DNA of 36,880 bases, taken from assembly GCA_044222475.1 (NCBI GenBank), contig JBGANF010000081.1, forward strand, positions 1 through 36,880, written 5' to 3'. Shown here in pieces: positions 9,265 through 17,328 of this stretch (position 1 is its first letter; every line of letters begins with the position of its first letter). The position numbers and the translations under genes were made by a program. The notes under the pieces are model-generated. The model worked only from the letters and a program-made list of their open reading frames with translations, had not been told where the DNA came from and searched no databases. Origin of the DNA: Polyangiaceae bacterium (GTDB lineage Bacteria > Myxococcota_A > Polyangia > Polyangiales > Polyangiaceae).

Positions 9265-9644
9265 GCATGGATCGTTTCGTCGTCCGAGAAAGCTCGCCGC
9301 TCACGCTCGACGAGGTGACTCGCGCGCTCGAGACGCTGCGTCCCGTGCCAGGTTTGTCGTTCGCTCCGCTGCCGGGAGAGGGTCAGTGGATCGTCTCCAT
9401 CGACGGAGTCGAGCTCGTCAACATCACTTTCGCGCCCCCAGAAGAGACGCAGGAGTTCGGCACGATCGTCCTCTTCAATTCCCACCGGACCTCGTACTTC
9501 TGGAATGTCGCTCTCTCCAACAAGCTGGCTCGCGCGCTTGGGGCCACGATCTTCGACGAGGGAGAGTTCGAGGACCCTCCGTCGTCCGAGGAGATCGACC
9601 GACATCTTGCGGGCTTGCTCCGCGAATTTCGAGAACCGCAGTGA
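9261..9644 (+). CDS. Hypothetical protein (immunity-protein-like)
   Basis: ATGA overlap with upstream gene; globular acidic 127 aa, LARALGATIFDE C-terminal pattern. Confidence 0.6.
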   Translation: MSMDRFVVRESSPLTLDEVTRALETLRPVPGLSFAPLPGEGQWIVSIDGVELVNITFAPPEETQEFGTIVLFNSHRTSYFWNVALSNKLARALGATIFDEGEFEDPPSSEEIDRHLAGLLREFREPQ

Positions 9645-9879
9645 CCCCCAAGTTGCTACAGAGCATCCGGTGACGTCGAACGGTCCCATTCGCCACGAAC
9701 GAGCGGACCGGTTGCTCCGCGAGCTCGTGCAAAACGAACAAGCCGGTTGCGAGCGGCGAAGCGAAGACCGTCCAGCGGCGCGAGCTCACGCGAAGCACGG
9801 CGGATGGGAAGAGACGTCTGCCGCCGCTGAGTGAGTTGCCGAATGGAACGGGGCGGCCGATGAGGACCAAAGCCTGGTT

Positions 9880-10398
9880 TTGAGCGAAGATGGGGGAGTG
9901 AAGGCGGGCAAGACTTCGATCGACCTGTTCCTATCGCGGTTGGATCCCGAGCTCCGCCGCGCGCGAGTCATCGAGACGCGACCCGACCTCGCTCGCCAGA
10001 TGACAGCGTGGGGCGCTCAGTGGGTATCGCTCGCCCAAGAGATCGGCCTTGCGTGCCCACCCGAACTCATCCTCCTTGGCGATGCGATGGCTCACCAGTT
10101 CATCTACATCCGTGTGTTGGACCATGACTACGCGCTGCTTTCACCGGAGGAGGCTCGTCGCGAGCGGGCGGCTCTCGCGGTGAGGGGCGCGAACTACGGT
10201 GTCGCCGACAGGTCGGCGATGCTCCCGATATTCGGACAGGACGGCGATTTGCTGCTGCTCGCGACCGACGGCATCCACGCGATGGCCCACGACGAGATGG
10301 ACGTCGACGACATCGTCGCGCGCTCACTTGCGGAATTGCTGGCTGAAGCGTGCGCGGCGTTTGCGCATGACCCTATCGCTTCGCCCCAGTCGAAGTGA
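9880..10398 (+). CDS. SMI1/KNR4 (SUKH)-like protein
   Basis: LLSPEEA...LPIFGQDGDLLLL..DGIH...HD...VARSLAELL pattern; start uncertain. Confidence 0.55.
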   Translation: MSEDGGVKAGKTSIDLFLSRLDPELRRARVIETRPDLARQMTAWGAQWVSLAQEIGLACPPELILLGDAMAHQFIYIRVLDHDYALLSPEEARRERAALAVRGANYGVADRSAMLPIFGQDGDLLLLATDGIHAMAHDEMDVDDIVARSLAELLAEACAAFAHDPIASPQSK

Positions 10399-10494
10399 GA
10401 GGAGCGACGGACTTTGAGCGGCGACGGACGACGGTTGGCTGGAGCACCCTTCACGACGTTCGCGCGATCGGACGACTAGGTTCACGCACCGTCT

Positions 10495-11271
10495 TCACGG
10501 TTGGCTGAGGTCCACGACCGGAGGTTCAAAATAGTCCGGTTCATCCGCCCACAGCTCGATCACGGGGTAGGTGAACTCGCTATGGACGTAGGGGGTGACT
10601 ACGGCCACCACGTCGCCAAATGGAGTGTCGTCATCGGCGAAGATTCGCGGTTCCCACTTCGGATGAAACACGCGCTGCAGCGTGCTCACGTCGACTTCCC
10701 CCGAAGGTAGCGGTGGGATCGTCACTCCATCGATCGTCACCGATCCCATGCGCACGAGAACAACTTGGCCCGGCCCGGCGTGGTGGCGTCTACCCAAGAG
10801 CACCTCGAGCACCCCGCGCGATCCATTGGGGAGCTCGACCACGAGCGAAGTCTCTCGAGCGGGCTCGACGAGCCCACGGAGCGCGGCGCGGGCGAATGCG
10901 AATGGCGTTCGCGCGTCGACGAGGAGCAGCACGCCCTCGAACCCGGTGGATCGGCACGCGCAGGGAATCAGCACGTCGCCCGGGAGCAACATTGGCGTCG
11001 ACGTGTCGGCTGGCACGCGCGTCACCTCCCGCCCGTCGATCGTGAGCGAATGCTTGTCGAGCGTCATCACGTGAAACTGCGTGAGCACACCGTTTCCGTT
11101 CTGAAAACCGGACAGCTCCTGCACGCGGGGAGGCTGGAAATCGGCCGGGATCGTGACCTTGCCGCCCGGCTGCGGCTTCTCTTCGTACGTCGGGTCCCAC
11201 CGAGCGGCCAGCGCGCACGTCGTCGCGAGGACGATGGATCCAGCGACGAGAATGGCGACACGCGCTCTCAC
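10495..11271 (-). CDS. Membrane-anchored protein with two ExbD/TolR-like periplasmic domains
   Basis: N-terminal hydrophobic segment; LTIDGREV...LLLVDARTPF and VTIDGVTI...IFADDDTPFGDVVAVV. Confidence 0.55.
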   Translation of the reverse strand: MRARVAILVAGSIVLATTCALAARWDPTYEEKPQPGGKVTIPADFQPPRVQELSGFQNGNGVLTQFHVMTLDKHSLTIDGREVTRVPADTSTPMLLPGDVLIPCACRSTGFEGVLLLVDARTPFAFARAALRGLVEPARETSLVVELPNGSRGVLEVLLGRRHHAGPGQVVLVRMGSVTIDGVTIPPLPSGEVDVSTLQRVFHPKWEPRIFADDDTPFGDVVAVVTPYVHSEFTYPVIELWADEPDYFEPPVVDLSQP

Positions 11272-11285
11272 GCTCAAAGCATAGC

Positions 11286-11399
11286 GCGGAAGCGGAAGCG
11301 GAAGCGGAAGCGGAAGCGGAAGCGGAAGCCGAAGCGGAAGCGGAAGCGGAAGCGGAAGCGGAAGCGGAAGCGGAAGCGGAAGCGGAAGCGGAAGCCGAA
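11286..11399 (+). repeat. (GCGGAA)n hexanucleotide tandem repeat, 19 units
   Basis: 7 GCGGAA + GCCGAA + 10 GCGGAA + GCCGAA. Confidence 0.97.
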
Positions 11400-11418
11400 G
11401 CGGCGTTGTCCGGAGCGA

Positions 11419-12279
11419 TCAAAGCAGCACCCGCAACGCCGGCTCCACGAACAGCGGCGACGACGCCACCATGATCGCCACCGTCCACCCACGGCGCGCG
11501 AGGCGCGGCCAACGGGTGACTCCGAGCCGCGCCTCGACGACCACCGCGATTCCCTGCACGACGAAGAACGCCACCATCCATCCCGCCATCCGCAGCCCCA
11601 CCGCGACGAAGATGGGATACGCATGGCCGACCCCGCTCGCGACGAAACCGAAGAGCAACCCGAGCCGCGGCCGTCCACGGCGCGCGAGCGGCAGGTAGCA
11701 GTTCTCACGAAGCCACACGCTCACCGGGATCGCCCACCGCTTTCCCCACAGCTCCGCGATCGACAGCGACGCGACCGGGACCACGTGCAACGGCGGAGCG
11801 ATGAACCCGAGCCCGCGATACACCGCGCCCGCGACGGCGTATCCCGCCTCGATGACCGTGTACGTGAAGACCGCACCGCCGGCCCACCGCACCGCGAGCA
11901 TCGGTGACTGCGCGACGCGGAGTCCGACCCACGCCGCGCCGCCCCAGAGCAGCGCGAGGCCGAACGCGAGCGCGTCGAGGCGCATCGGCGCGCGCTGCAG
12001 CGTGCGACTGTCGACGAAGCTCTCGACGTGAAGCAGGCGTCGCCATTCGGTCCACGGCTCGCGCGTGCGAACGACGTCGATGATGCGAATCAGTCCGATG
12101 AAGCCGAGGAGCGTCGTCCCCCCGCGAGCGAGCGGATGCGACCCGGCGAGCCACGGCGCACCGAAGACGCCCACGAGACCGAGCGCGATCGCGACGGGCT
12201 TGGCACGCCGCGAGACGACGGCCGCGCATCCCGCGAGCGTGATCTGCAGCAGCACCGCTCGCAGCGGATCGAACCACAT
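11419..12279 (-). CDS. Membrane-bound O-acyltransferase (MBOAT / wax-synthase-like)
   Basis: Polytopic; SLSIAELWGKRW...WLRENCYLP and SGVGHAY conserved His. Confidence 0.8.
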   Translation of the reverse strand: MWFDPLRAVLLQITLAGCAAVVSRRAKPVAIALGLVGVFGAPWLAGSHPLARGGTTLLGFIGLIRIIDVVRTREPWTEWRRLLHVESFVDSRTLQRAPMRLDALAFGLALLWGGAAWVGLRVAQSPMLAVRWAGGAVFTYTVIEAGYAVAGAVYRGLGFIAPPLHVVPVASLSIAELWGKRWAIPVSVWLRENCYLPLARRGRPRLGLLFGFVASGVGHAYPIFVAVGLRMAGWMVAFFVVQGIAVVVEARLGVTRWPRLARRGWTVAIMVASSPLFVEPALRVLL

Positions 12280-12331
12280 CGATCGAAGCTATCGCGCGGC
12301 ACGCCCCGTGTCGCCGCCGTCCATCGGTCGG

Positions 12332-13576
12332 CTACTTCCTCACTCGAGAGATTGTCGCCGGCTGCAGCAATCCTCCGCTCGCGGCGAAGTAGACCCAGTC
12401 GGCGTCTTGGGCCATCGCGGCGATCGTTCGACCGGGCGTGAAGAGGCCGGCGTTCGTGTCGAACGCGGCGCGCACCCTCACCTGGCGGGACTTCAGGTCG
12501 ATGCCGGCGAGGACCGCGTGGCCGCTCGGCCACGTGCCGTCGAACTTGGCGATGCCGCGCGCCCAGGCGACGTCGTCGTTGCCAGCGACCATCAACCCGT
12601 CGACCGCGAAGCCCAGGGAGTCTCCCGAGTCGAAACCGGTACCAGGTTGGTACGTCGAATGGCGCCCGCTCCCCGCGATCACCACGACCGCGCCGTTGCT
12701 CGCGACCAGGCCCAAACGGCTGCCGAGCTTCTTCGCGTCCGTTCCGTCGAAGCCGACGGATTGCAGGCCGAAGCGATCGCTCACGTACAAGACCTCACCC
12801 AGCGCCGCGAGCGACGCCGAAGGGTCGCACTCGAGGAGAACGCGCCCGGTGGAGTCGACGACGTGCCCGCGTCGCGCTCCATCGAAGTCCGCGTCGACGA
12901 CGTACGCGACCCCCGCGTGCACGACCACGTTCGACCCGGGGTTCACACCCGTGATCACGTCTTCGACCGGACCTCCGGCGACCGGCATGCGGCGCACGCG
13001 ACCGGTCTTCGCCGTCGAACGCCACGCCCAGTAGAGGAAGCCGCCGTCGAGCTGCAGACCGGCATCGGCGTAGGTCCACTCGCCTTCGGTGAGCTTGGTC
13101 TTCGCGCCGCCGGCTTTCGGAGTCGACTGCAAGGCGCCGTCGCACATGACGTAGAGCGTCGTCGCATCGACCGCGAGACCTTCGGCGACGGTTCCGCAGT
13201 CGAAGAGGTCCTCGGGCGGTGCGCCGGCCAGCCCGTTCGTGCACGACGTGGCGTTCGCGCCGCACGCCCCACAGTTGGCGGGGGTGTTCAGGTCGACCTC
13301 GCAGCCGTCTTTCTCGTCGGCGTTGCAGTCGGCGTGGCCGGGATCGCAGGTCATGGAACAACCGAAGATGAATCGAGTCGCGCAGCCGTGGGCTCGGGGT
13401 CCCGGGACGCACGACGAAAGGAGCTCCGGCTTGCCTTGGGTGCACCGTTCGGAGGGCAGACCGGCGTCGGCCGGCGGCGTGGTGGGTGGCGGCGACGAGG
13501 TGTCAGGATCGCTGCTGCAGGCAGCGGCGCCGAGAACCAAAACGGAAGCGAAGGAAAGAATCGACGTGCGGATCAT
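12332..13576 (-). CDS. Lipoprotein with Cys-rich DGCE repeat and beta-propeller region
   Basis: Lipobox AAAC; CDPGHADCNADEKDGCEVDL..PANCGACG; LAVDATTLY / LDGGFLYW / QDADWVYF blades. Confidence 0.75.
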   Translation of the reverse strand: MIRTSILSFASVLVLGAAACSSDPDTSSPPPTTPPADAGLPSERCTQGKPELLSSCVPGPRAHGCATRFIFGCSMTCDPGHADCNADEKDGCEVDLNTPANCGACGANATSCTNGLAGAPPEDLFDCGTVAEGLAVDATTLYVMCDGALQSTPKAGGAKTKLTEGEWTYADAGLQLDGGFLYWAWRSTAKTGRVRRMPVAGGPVEDVITGVNPGSNVVVHAGVAYVVDADFDGARRGHVVDSTGRVLLECDPSASLAALGEVLYVSDRFGLQSVGFDGTDAKKLGSRLGLVASNGAVVVIAGSGRHSTYQPGTGFDSGDSLGFAVDGLMVAGNDDVAWARGIAKFDGTWPSGHAVLAGIDLKSRQVRVRAAFDTNAGLFTPGRTIAAMAQDADWVYFAASGGLLQPATISRVRK

Positions 13577-13588
13577 GCGACGAGGTAG

Positions 13589-13604
13589 TGCACGCTCGAT
13601 GCCA
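13589..13604 (-). promoter_or_regulatory. Putative sigma-54 -24/-12 promoter
   Basis: TGGCATCGAGCGTGCA, GG and GC at canonical spacing, 12 nt upstream of ATG 13576. Confidence 0.5.
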
Positions 13605-13668
13605 GTCGCTCACGACGTCATTCCCAGCAGTTGCATTGCGCACGGATGCTCGGAGCCGTGCCTCCGAA

Positions 13669-14574
13669 TCACACGTGAGGCAGGCCTGTCGCACCCGATG
13701 AAATGCCTACGAAATGCCTTTCGCTGGCGGCTACGAGCGCTTCGCTCACCTCCCAGAGTCGGCGCGCGAGATCTCGGTCGTTCGATTTGCCACCGGTCTT
13801 CTCGACGAGCTTCATCTGATCGAAGTAGCGCCCCGTCACCTTCGCGAGCTCTGGCGCGGAGGCGAGATGCACCGGCACGCCAGCCGCTTCGTCGGGCGTC
13901 ATCCAGAAGACGCGCGCCACGCGCATGATCAAACCGACCACGCCGCCCATCTCGGCTCCGAGGCCCGTCTTGACGCCGCCGGGGTGAAAGCAGTTCACGG
14001 TGACGTTCGTGCCTTCGAGCCGGCGCGCGAGCTCATACGTGAAGAGCACGTTCGCGAGCTTCGATTGCGCGAGCGCCGGGAACCAGCGGTAGCCCTTCTC
14101 TCCGGTGAGGTCGTCGAACGCGATGTCGCCCGCGCCGTAGATGCCGCCGGTGCCGTTGATCACGCGCGCGGCTTTCGCGGCCTTCAGCTGCGGAAGCAGC
14201 AACGTCGTGAGGAGGAAGTACGCGAGGTGGTTCACCGCGAAGACGGTTTCGATCCCGTCCACCGTGAGGACGCGCTCGCGCATGACGAGCCCCGCTTGAT
14301 TGATGAGAACGTCGATCGCCGGGTGCCGCTTCGCGAGCTCGGCGGCGGCACGTCGCACGCTCGCCTGAACGGCGAGGTCGGCCTCGAGGAGCTCGACGGC
14401 GTCGTTCCCCGAGTCGGCCCTGATCTCCGCGACGAGTGCCTCGCCCCTCGCGCGGTCGCGCGCAACCGCCACCACCGTCGCGCCGCGGCGAGCGAGCGCG
14501 AACGCCGTGGCGCGGCCGATCCCCGACGTCGCGCCGGTCACCACGCAAACCTTGCCCTTCATGTCGCTGGTCAT
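13669..14574 (-). CDS. Retinol-dehydrogenase-like SDR with atypical active site
   Basis: TGATSGIG, FAVNHLAYFLLT, HPGGVKT; YxxSK replaced by LAQSK. Confidence 0.85.
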   Translation of the reverse strand: MTSDMKGKVCVVTGATSGIGRATAFALARRGATVVAVARDRARGEALVAEIRADSGNDAVELLEADLAVQASVRRAAAELAKRHPAIDVLINQAGLVMRERVLTVDGIETVFAVNHLAYFLLTTLLLPQLKAAKAARVINGTGGIYGAGDIAFDDLTGEKGYRWFPALAQSKLANVLFTYELARRLEGTNVTVNCFHPGGVKTGLGAEMGGVVGLIMRVARVFWMTPDEAAGVPVHLASAPELAKVTGRYFDQMKLVEKTGGKSNDRDLARRLWEVSEALVAASERHFVGISSGATGLPHV

Positions 14575-14661
14575 GAAGAGAGCATGCGTCTGCAAACCCG
14601 AGGTTCACAGCTTGGTACGAGTTGAATTGCCATCAACCTGAGGTTTACGAGTCAGGGTCCC

Positions 14662-15258
14662 TCAGGACCCCGCGCTCAACGCTCCATCGAGGATGGCCCT
14701 CGCCGTCCACCTCATCGTCTTCACCGCTTCGTCCGGCGACAGCCCTCCGATGTCCACGAGCCACACGAACGCCTCGATGCCAATCGCGCTTCGGATCGCC
14801 AGCACGAGCCGGCGCAGCTCCGCCCGCGACAGGCGCGAGCGCAGGGGCTCCAGCGCATCCTCGATCCACCCGATCGCCCGACCCTGGCGCAGGATGAGCG
14901 CTCCCCGCGGCGTCGCCGGATCGAGCGACAAGCGCAGCATCGTTCGGTAGTGCGTCTCGCCGGACTTCACCATCTGCGTCAGCTCTCGCGCGACGATCTC
15001 GAGCCGCGCTTCCGCCGTCGTCGGGGCCTTGGCCGGGAGCAGCGACGCCTTCGCCATCTCCGGGTACGCCGCCGCGAGCAGCTCCACCTGGTTCTTGAAG
15101 TACCGATACGCCGTCGTTCGCGAGATCCCCGCCGCTTCGGCGGCGTCCTCGACCGTCGGCGATTTCCCTTCGCCGACCAAGGTCTGCGCGGCCGCGATGA
15201 GCGCGTTGCGCGTTCGAAGCTTCTGGTGCGTCCGGCCGTGAGAAAGGAGGTCCGTCAT
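14662..15258 (-). CDS. TetR/AcrR family regulator
   Basis: PTVEDAAEAAGISRTTAYRYF HTH. Confidence 0.92.
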   Translation of the reverse strand: MTDLLSHGRTHQKLRTRNALIAAAQTLVGEGKSPTVEDAAEAAGISRTTAYRYFKNQVELLAAAYPEMAKASLLPAKAPTTAEARLEIVARELTQMVKSGETHYRTMLRLSLDPATPRGALILRQGRAIGWIEDALEPLRSRLSRAELRRLVLAIRSAIGIEAFVWLVDIGGLSPDEAVKTMRWTARAILDGALSAGS

Positions 15259-15273
15259 GGGATGTCGATTTTC

Positions 15274-15310
15274 ATGGTACCACGGTTCCTTTATGGTACC
15301 TAAGTACCAT
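15274..15310. promoter_or_regulatory. Putative tandem TetR operators
   Basis: Perfect IR ATGGTAC-CTAA-GTACCAT (15293-15310) and degenerate copy ATGGTAC-CACG-GTTCCTT (15274-15291) in the divergent gap. Confidence 0.65.
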
Positions 15311-15785
15311 GAGTACCATGAAGACGATCGTTCACGACGGCGGGGAAGGCGAGAAGCTCTGGTTCCATGGCGGGGGCGTCCACACGTGGAAGGTGTGCGC
15401 GGAGGACACGCAAGGCGCCATCGGCATGTTCGAGGACACGCTCGAGCGCGGGAAGACGACCCCGCTCCACACGCACCCGGAGAGCGACGAGATCGTCTAC
15501 GTGCTCGAAGGCGAGATCCTCGTCCACGCCCAAGGCAGCCCGCGCACCGTGGGCAAAGGCGGGGTCGTCCTCAATCCGCGCGGCGTCCCCCACGCGTTCG
15601 TCGTCACGTCCGAGCGAGCGCGCATCCTCTCGATCGTCACGCCGGCCACCCACGTCGAGGCGTTCTACCGCAAGGCGAGCACCCCCGGCGAGAGCGGCGC
15701 CGTCGACTTCGGCAAGGTGGGCGCGGCGGCGAAAGAGACGGGCGCGACCGTGATCCTCGGCCCGCCGCCGTTCGCGCGCCCGTAG
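15309..15785 (+). CDS. Cupin domain protein
   Basis: PLHTHPESDEIVYVLEG and PRGVPHAF cupin motifs. Confidence 0.9.
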   Translation: MSTMKTIVHDGGEGEKLWFHGGGVHTWKVCAEDTQGAIGMFEDTLERGKTTPLHTHPESDEIVYVLEGEILVHAQGSPRTVGKGGVVLNPRGVPHAFVVTSERARILSIVTPATHVEAFYRKASTPGESGAVDFGKVGAAAKETGATVILGPPPFARP

Positions 15786-15791
15786 CGCGCG

Positions 15792-17246
15792 TCACTGGAG
15801 CGGGAACGCGACCGCGTACGCGTCGTCGTTGAGCTGATCGGTCTGCGTCGTGCCGGCTCCGCGGAAGCCGACCACGAGCACGTTCGTTCCGGAGACCGCG
15901 CCGCTCCAGAACTGATCGCTCCCGCCTTCGCCGCTGCCGAGAGGGAACACCTGGACCCCGGTCCCGTACGAGGTGTCGAGCACTCCGTTGGCGTCGAGCA
16001 CGGCGAACACGGCGTCCTGCGTCGTCGTGTTGCTGGGCCCCGTCGAGCCGAGGAGGAGGGTTTTTCCGCCGGGAAGCCCGATCGCGTTGCGGCAGGCCGA
16101 ACCAAGCGCTTTCCCGCTCGGATCGAAGAGAACCGCGCCGTTCGGCGCGTTTCCCCATTTGGTGTCGCGGACGCCGGTCGTCGCGTCGAATCGGAGCGAG
16201 ACCCAGTCGTTCGTCGTCCCAGTGTTTCGTCCGTAGCCGCCGGTGACGAGCGATCCGCCGTGGAGCGCGACGGCGTACGCCTCGGTCTGGAGCGTGAGCA
16301 CCGGCGCGTGGAAGATCCCGTTGTCGCCGAACGCGCTGTCGAGCGCACCGCCGCTCGTGAGCTTGAACAACACGGGCTGGGTGGTGTTGCCCGAGATCGA
16401 CGAGCTCGCGTAGCCGGCCACGATCACGCCGCCGCCGGGCAATGCGCGGATGCCGCGCGCCGTCGCGTTGGCCGAGGGGGTTCCGAAGTCGAGGCTGAAC
16501 TTGCCGCCGCTCGCGAACGTCGCGTCGACCGCGCCGTCGACGGTGAGCTTGGCGACGCCGTAATCGGAGTCCGTTCGCGCGAGGAGTCCGCGTTGAACCG
16601 CGCTCACGTAGATGACGCCGCCGGGCCCGAGCGCGATCCCGCGCGCCGCGTCGCGCTGCGCGGACTGCGACGCGTCGAGCGCGGTGTTGAAGTCGATCAC
16701 GCGAACGCCGGCGTCGCCGAACGTCGCGTCGAGCGCGCCGGTCGCGTCCAGGCGAAACACGGCGACGTCGCGGTCGGCAGTGGCGATGGCGTTCGCCACC
16801 GTCGCCGAGACGACGATCTTCCCGCTCGGTTGCACGGCGAGATCGATCTCGCCGGCGCCGCCCGCGAACTCGATCGCAGTCTTCGCGACGCCGCCTGCAC
16901 CGAAGCTCGGATCGAGCCCGGTCGTCGTGAGCTTGACGACCGTGACGAGCTTCGGGCCCGCAGCCGTCGTCGCGACGAAGCCCGCCGCGTAGAACGTGCC
17001 GTTCGGTCCCGCCGTCACAGATTGGAGCTGGTCGGGGCCGGTGCCGGACAGGGCGACCGCGAAAGGCGTCGGCTTGGTGAAGGGCTTCGCCGCGTCGGTT
17101 TGCGCCGAGGTGTCGCTGCCGACGTCCGCTGGACCCGAGTCGGCGACCTGCGCGTCTCCCGGCCCCGCGTCGACGGGCGCGTCGGCGCCGCTGCCGCACG
17201 CGCAAAGCATTGTCATCATTGCCAAAAGAGGAAGCGGCTTTCTCAT
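15792..17246 (-). CDS. Delta-60 repeat beta-propeller lipoprotein
   Basis: Lipobox LCAC; repeated LDPSFG / LDATFG / VDATFA / LDSAFG / LDTSYG and VQPSGKIVV. Confidence 0.85.
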   Translation of the reverse strand: MRKPLPLLAMMTMLCACGSGADAPVDAGPGDAQVADSGPADVGSDTSAQTDAAKPFTKPTPFAVALSGTGPDQLQSVTAGPNGTFYAAGFVATTAAGPKLVTVVKLTTTGLDPSFGAGGVAKTAIEFAGGAGEIDLAVQPSGKIVVSATVANAIATADRDVAVFRLDATGALDATFGDAGVRVIDFNTALDASQSAQRDAARGIALGPGGVIYVSAVQRGLLARTDSDYGVAKLTVDGAVDATFASGGKFSLDFGTPSANATARGIRALPGGGVIVAGYASSSISGNTTQPVLFKLTSGGALDSAFGDNGIFHAPVLTLQTEAYAVALHGGSLVTGGYGRNTGTTNDWVSLRFDATTGVRDTKWGNAPNGAVLFDPSGKALGSACRNAIGLPGGKTLLLGSTGPSNTTTQDAVFAVLDANGVLDTSYGTGVQVFPLGSGEGGSDQFWSGAVSGTNVLVVGFRGAGTTQTDQLNDDAYAVAFPLQ

Positions 17247-17278
17247 GGGTACCTTCGTGCCCAAGGACCATGACTCAA

Positions 17279-17295
17279 TTGAAAATGAAATTCAA
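17279..17295. promoter_or_regulatory. Putative Fur box
   Basis: TTGAAAATGAAATTCAA resembles the 7-1-7 TGATAATnATTATCA site; AT-rich island between divergent genes upstream of an iron-uptake-type operon. Confidence 0.65.
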
Positions 17296-17328
17296 CAACC
17301 TTTTCATCATCGATGGTAGGAGAACCCC

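Noticed and set aside
9645..9879. Possible gene remnant between the small accessory genes
   Set aside because: No frame gives a recognisable motif; cannot be supported.
8590..10494. Integron cassette array
   Set aside because: No RYYYAAC...GTTRRRY attC sites found after the small genes and no integrase.
7972..11399. CRISPR array
   Set aside because: Simple tandem hexamers without spacers; no cas genes in the window.
7861..11907. ORFs with poly-SG, SA, KR, FR or LP dipeptide runs (e.g. 7084-8205, 10765-11907, 10790-11581)
   Set aside because: Artefacts of reading through the (GCGGAA)n tracts in shadow frames of real genes.
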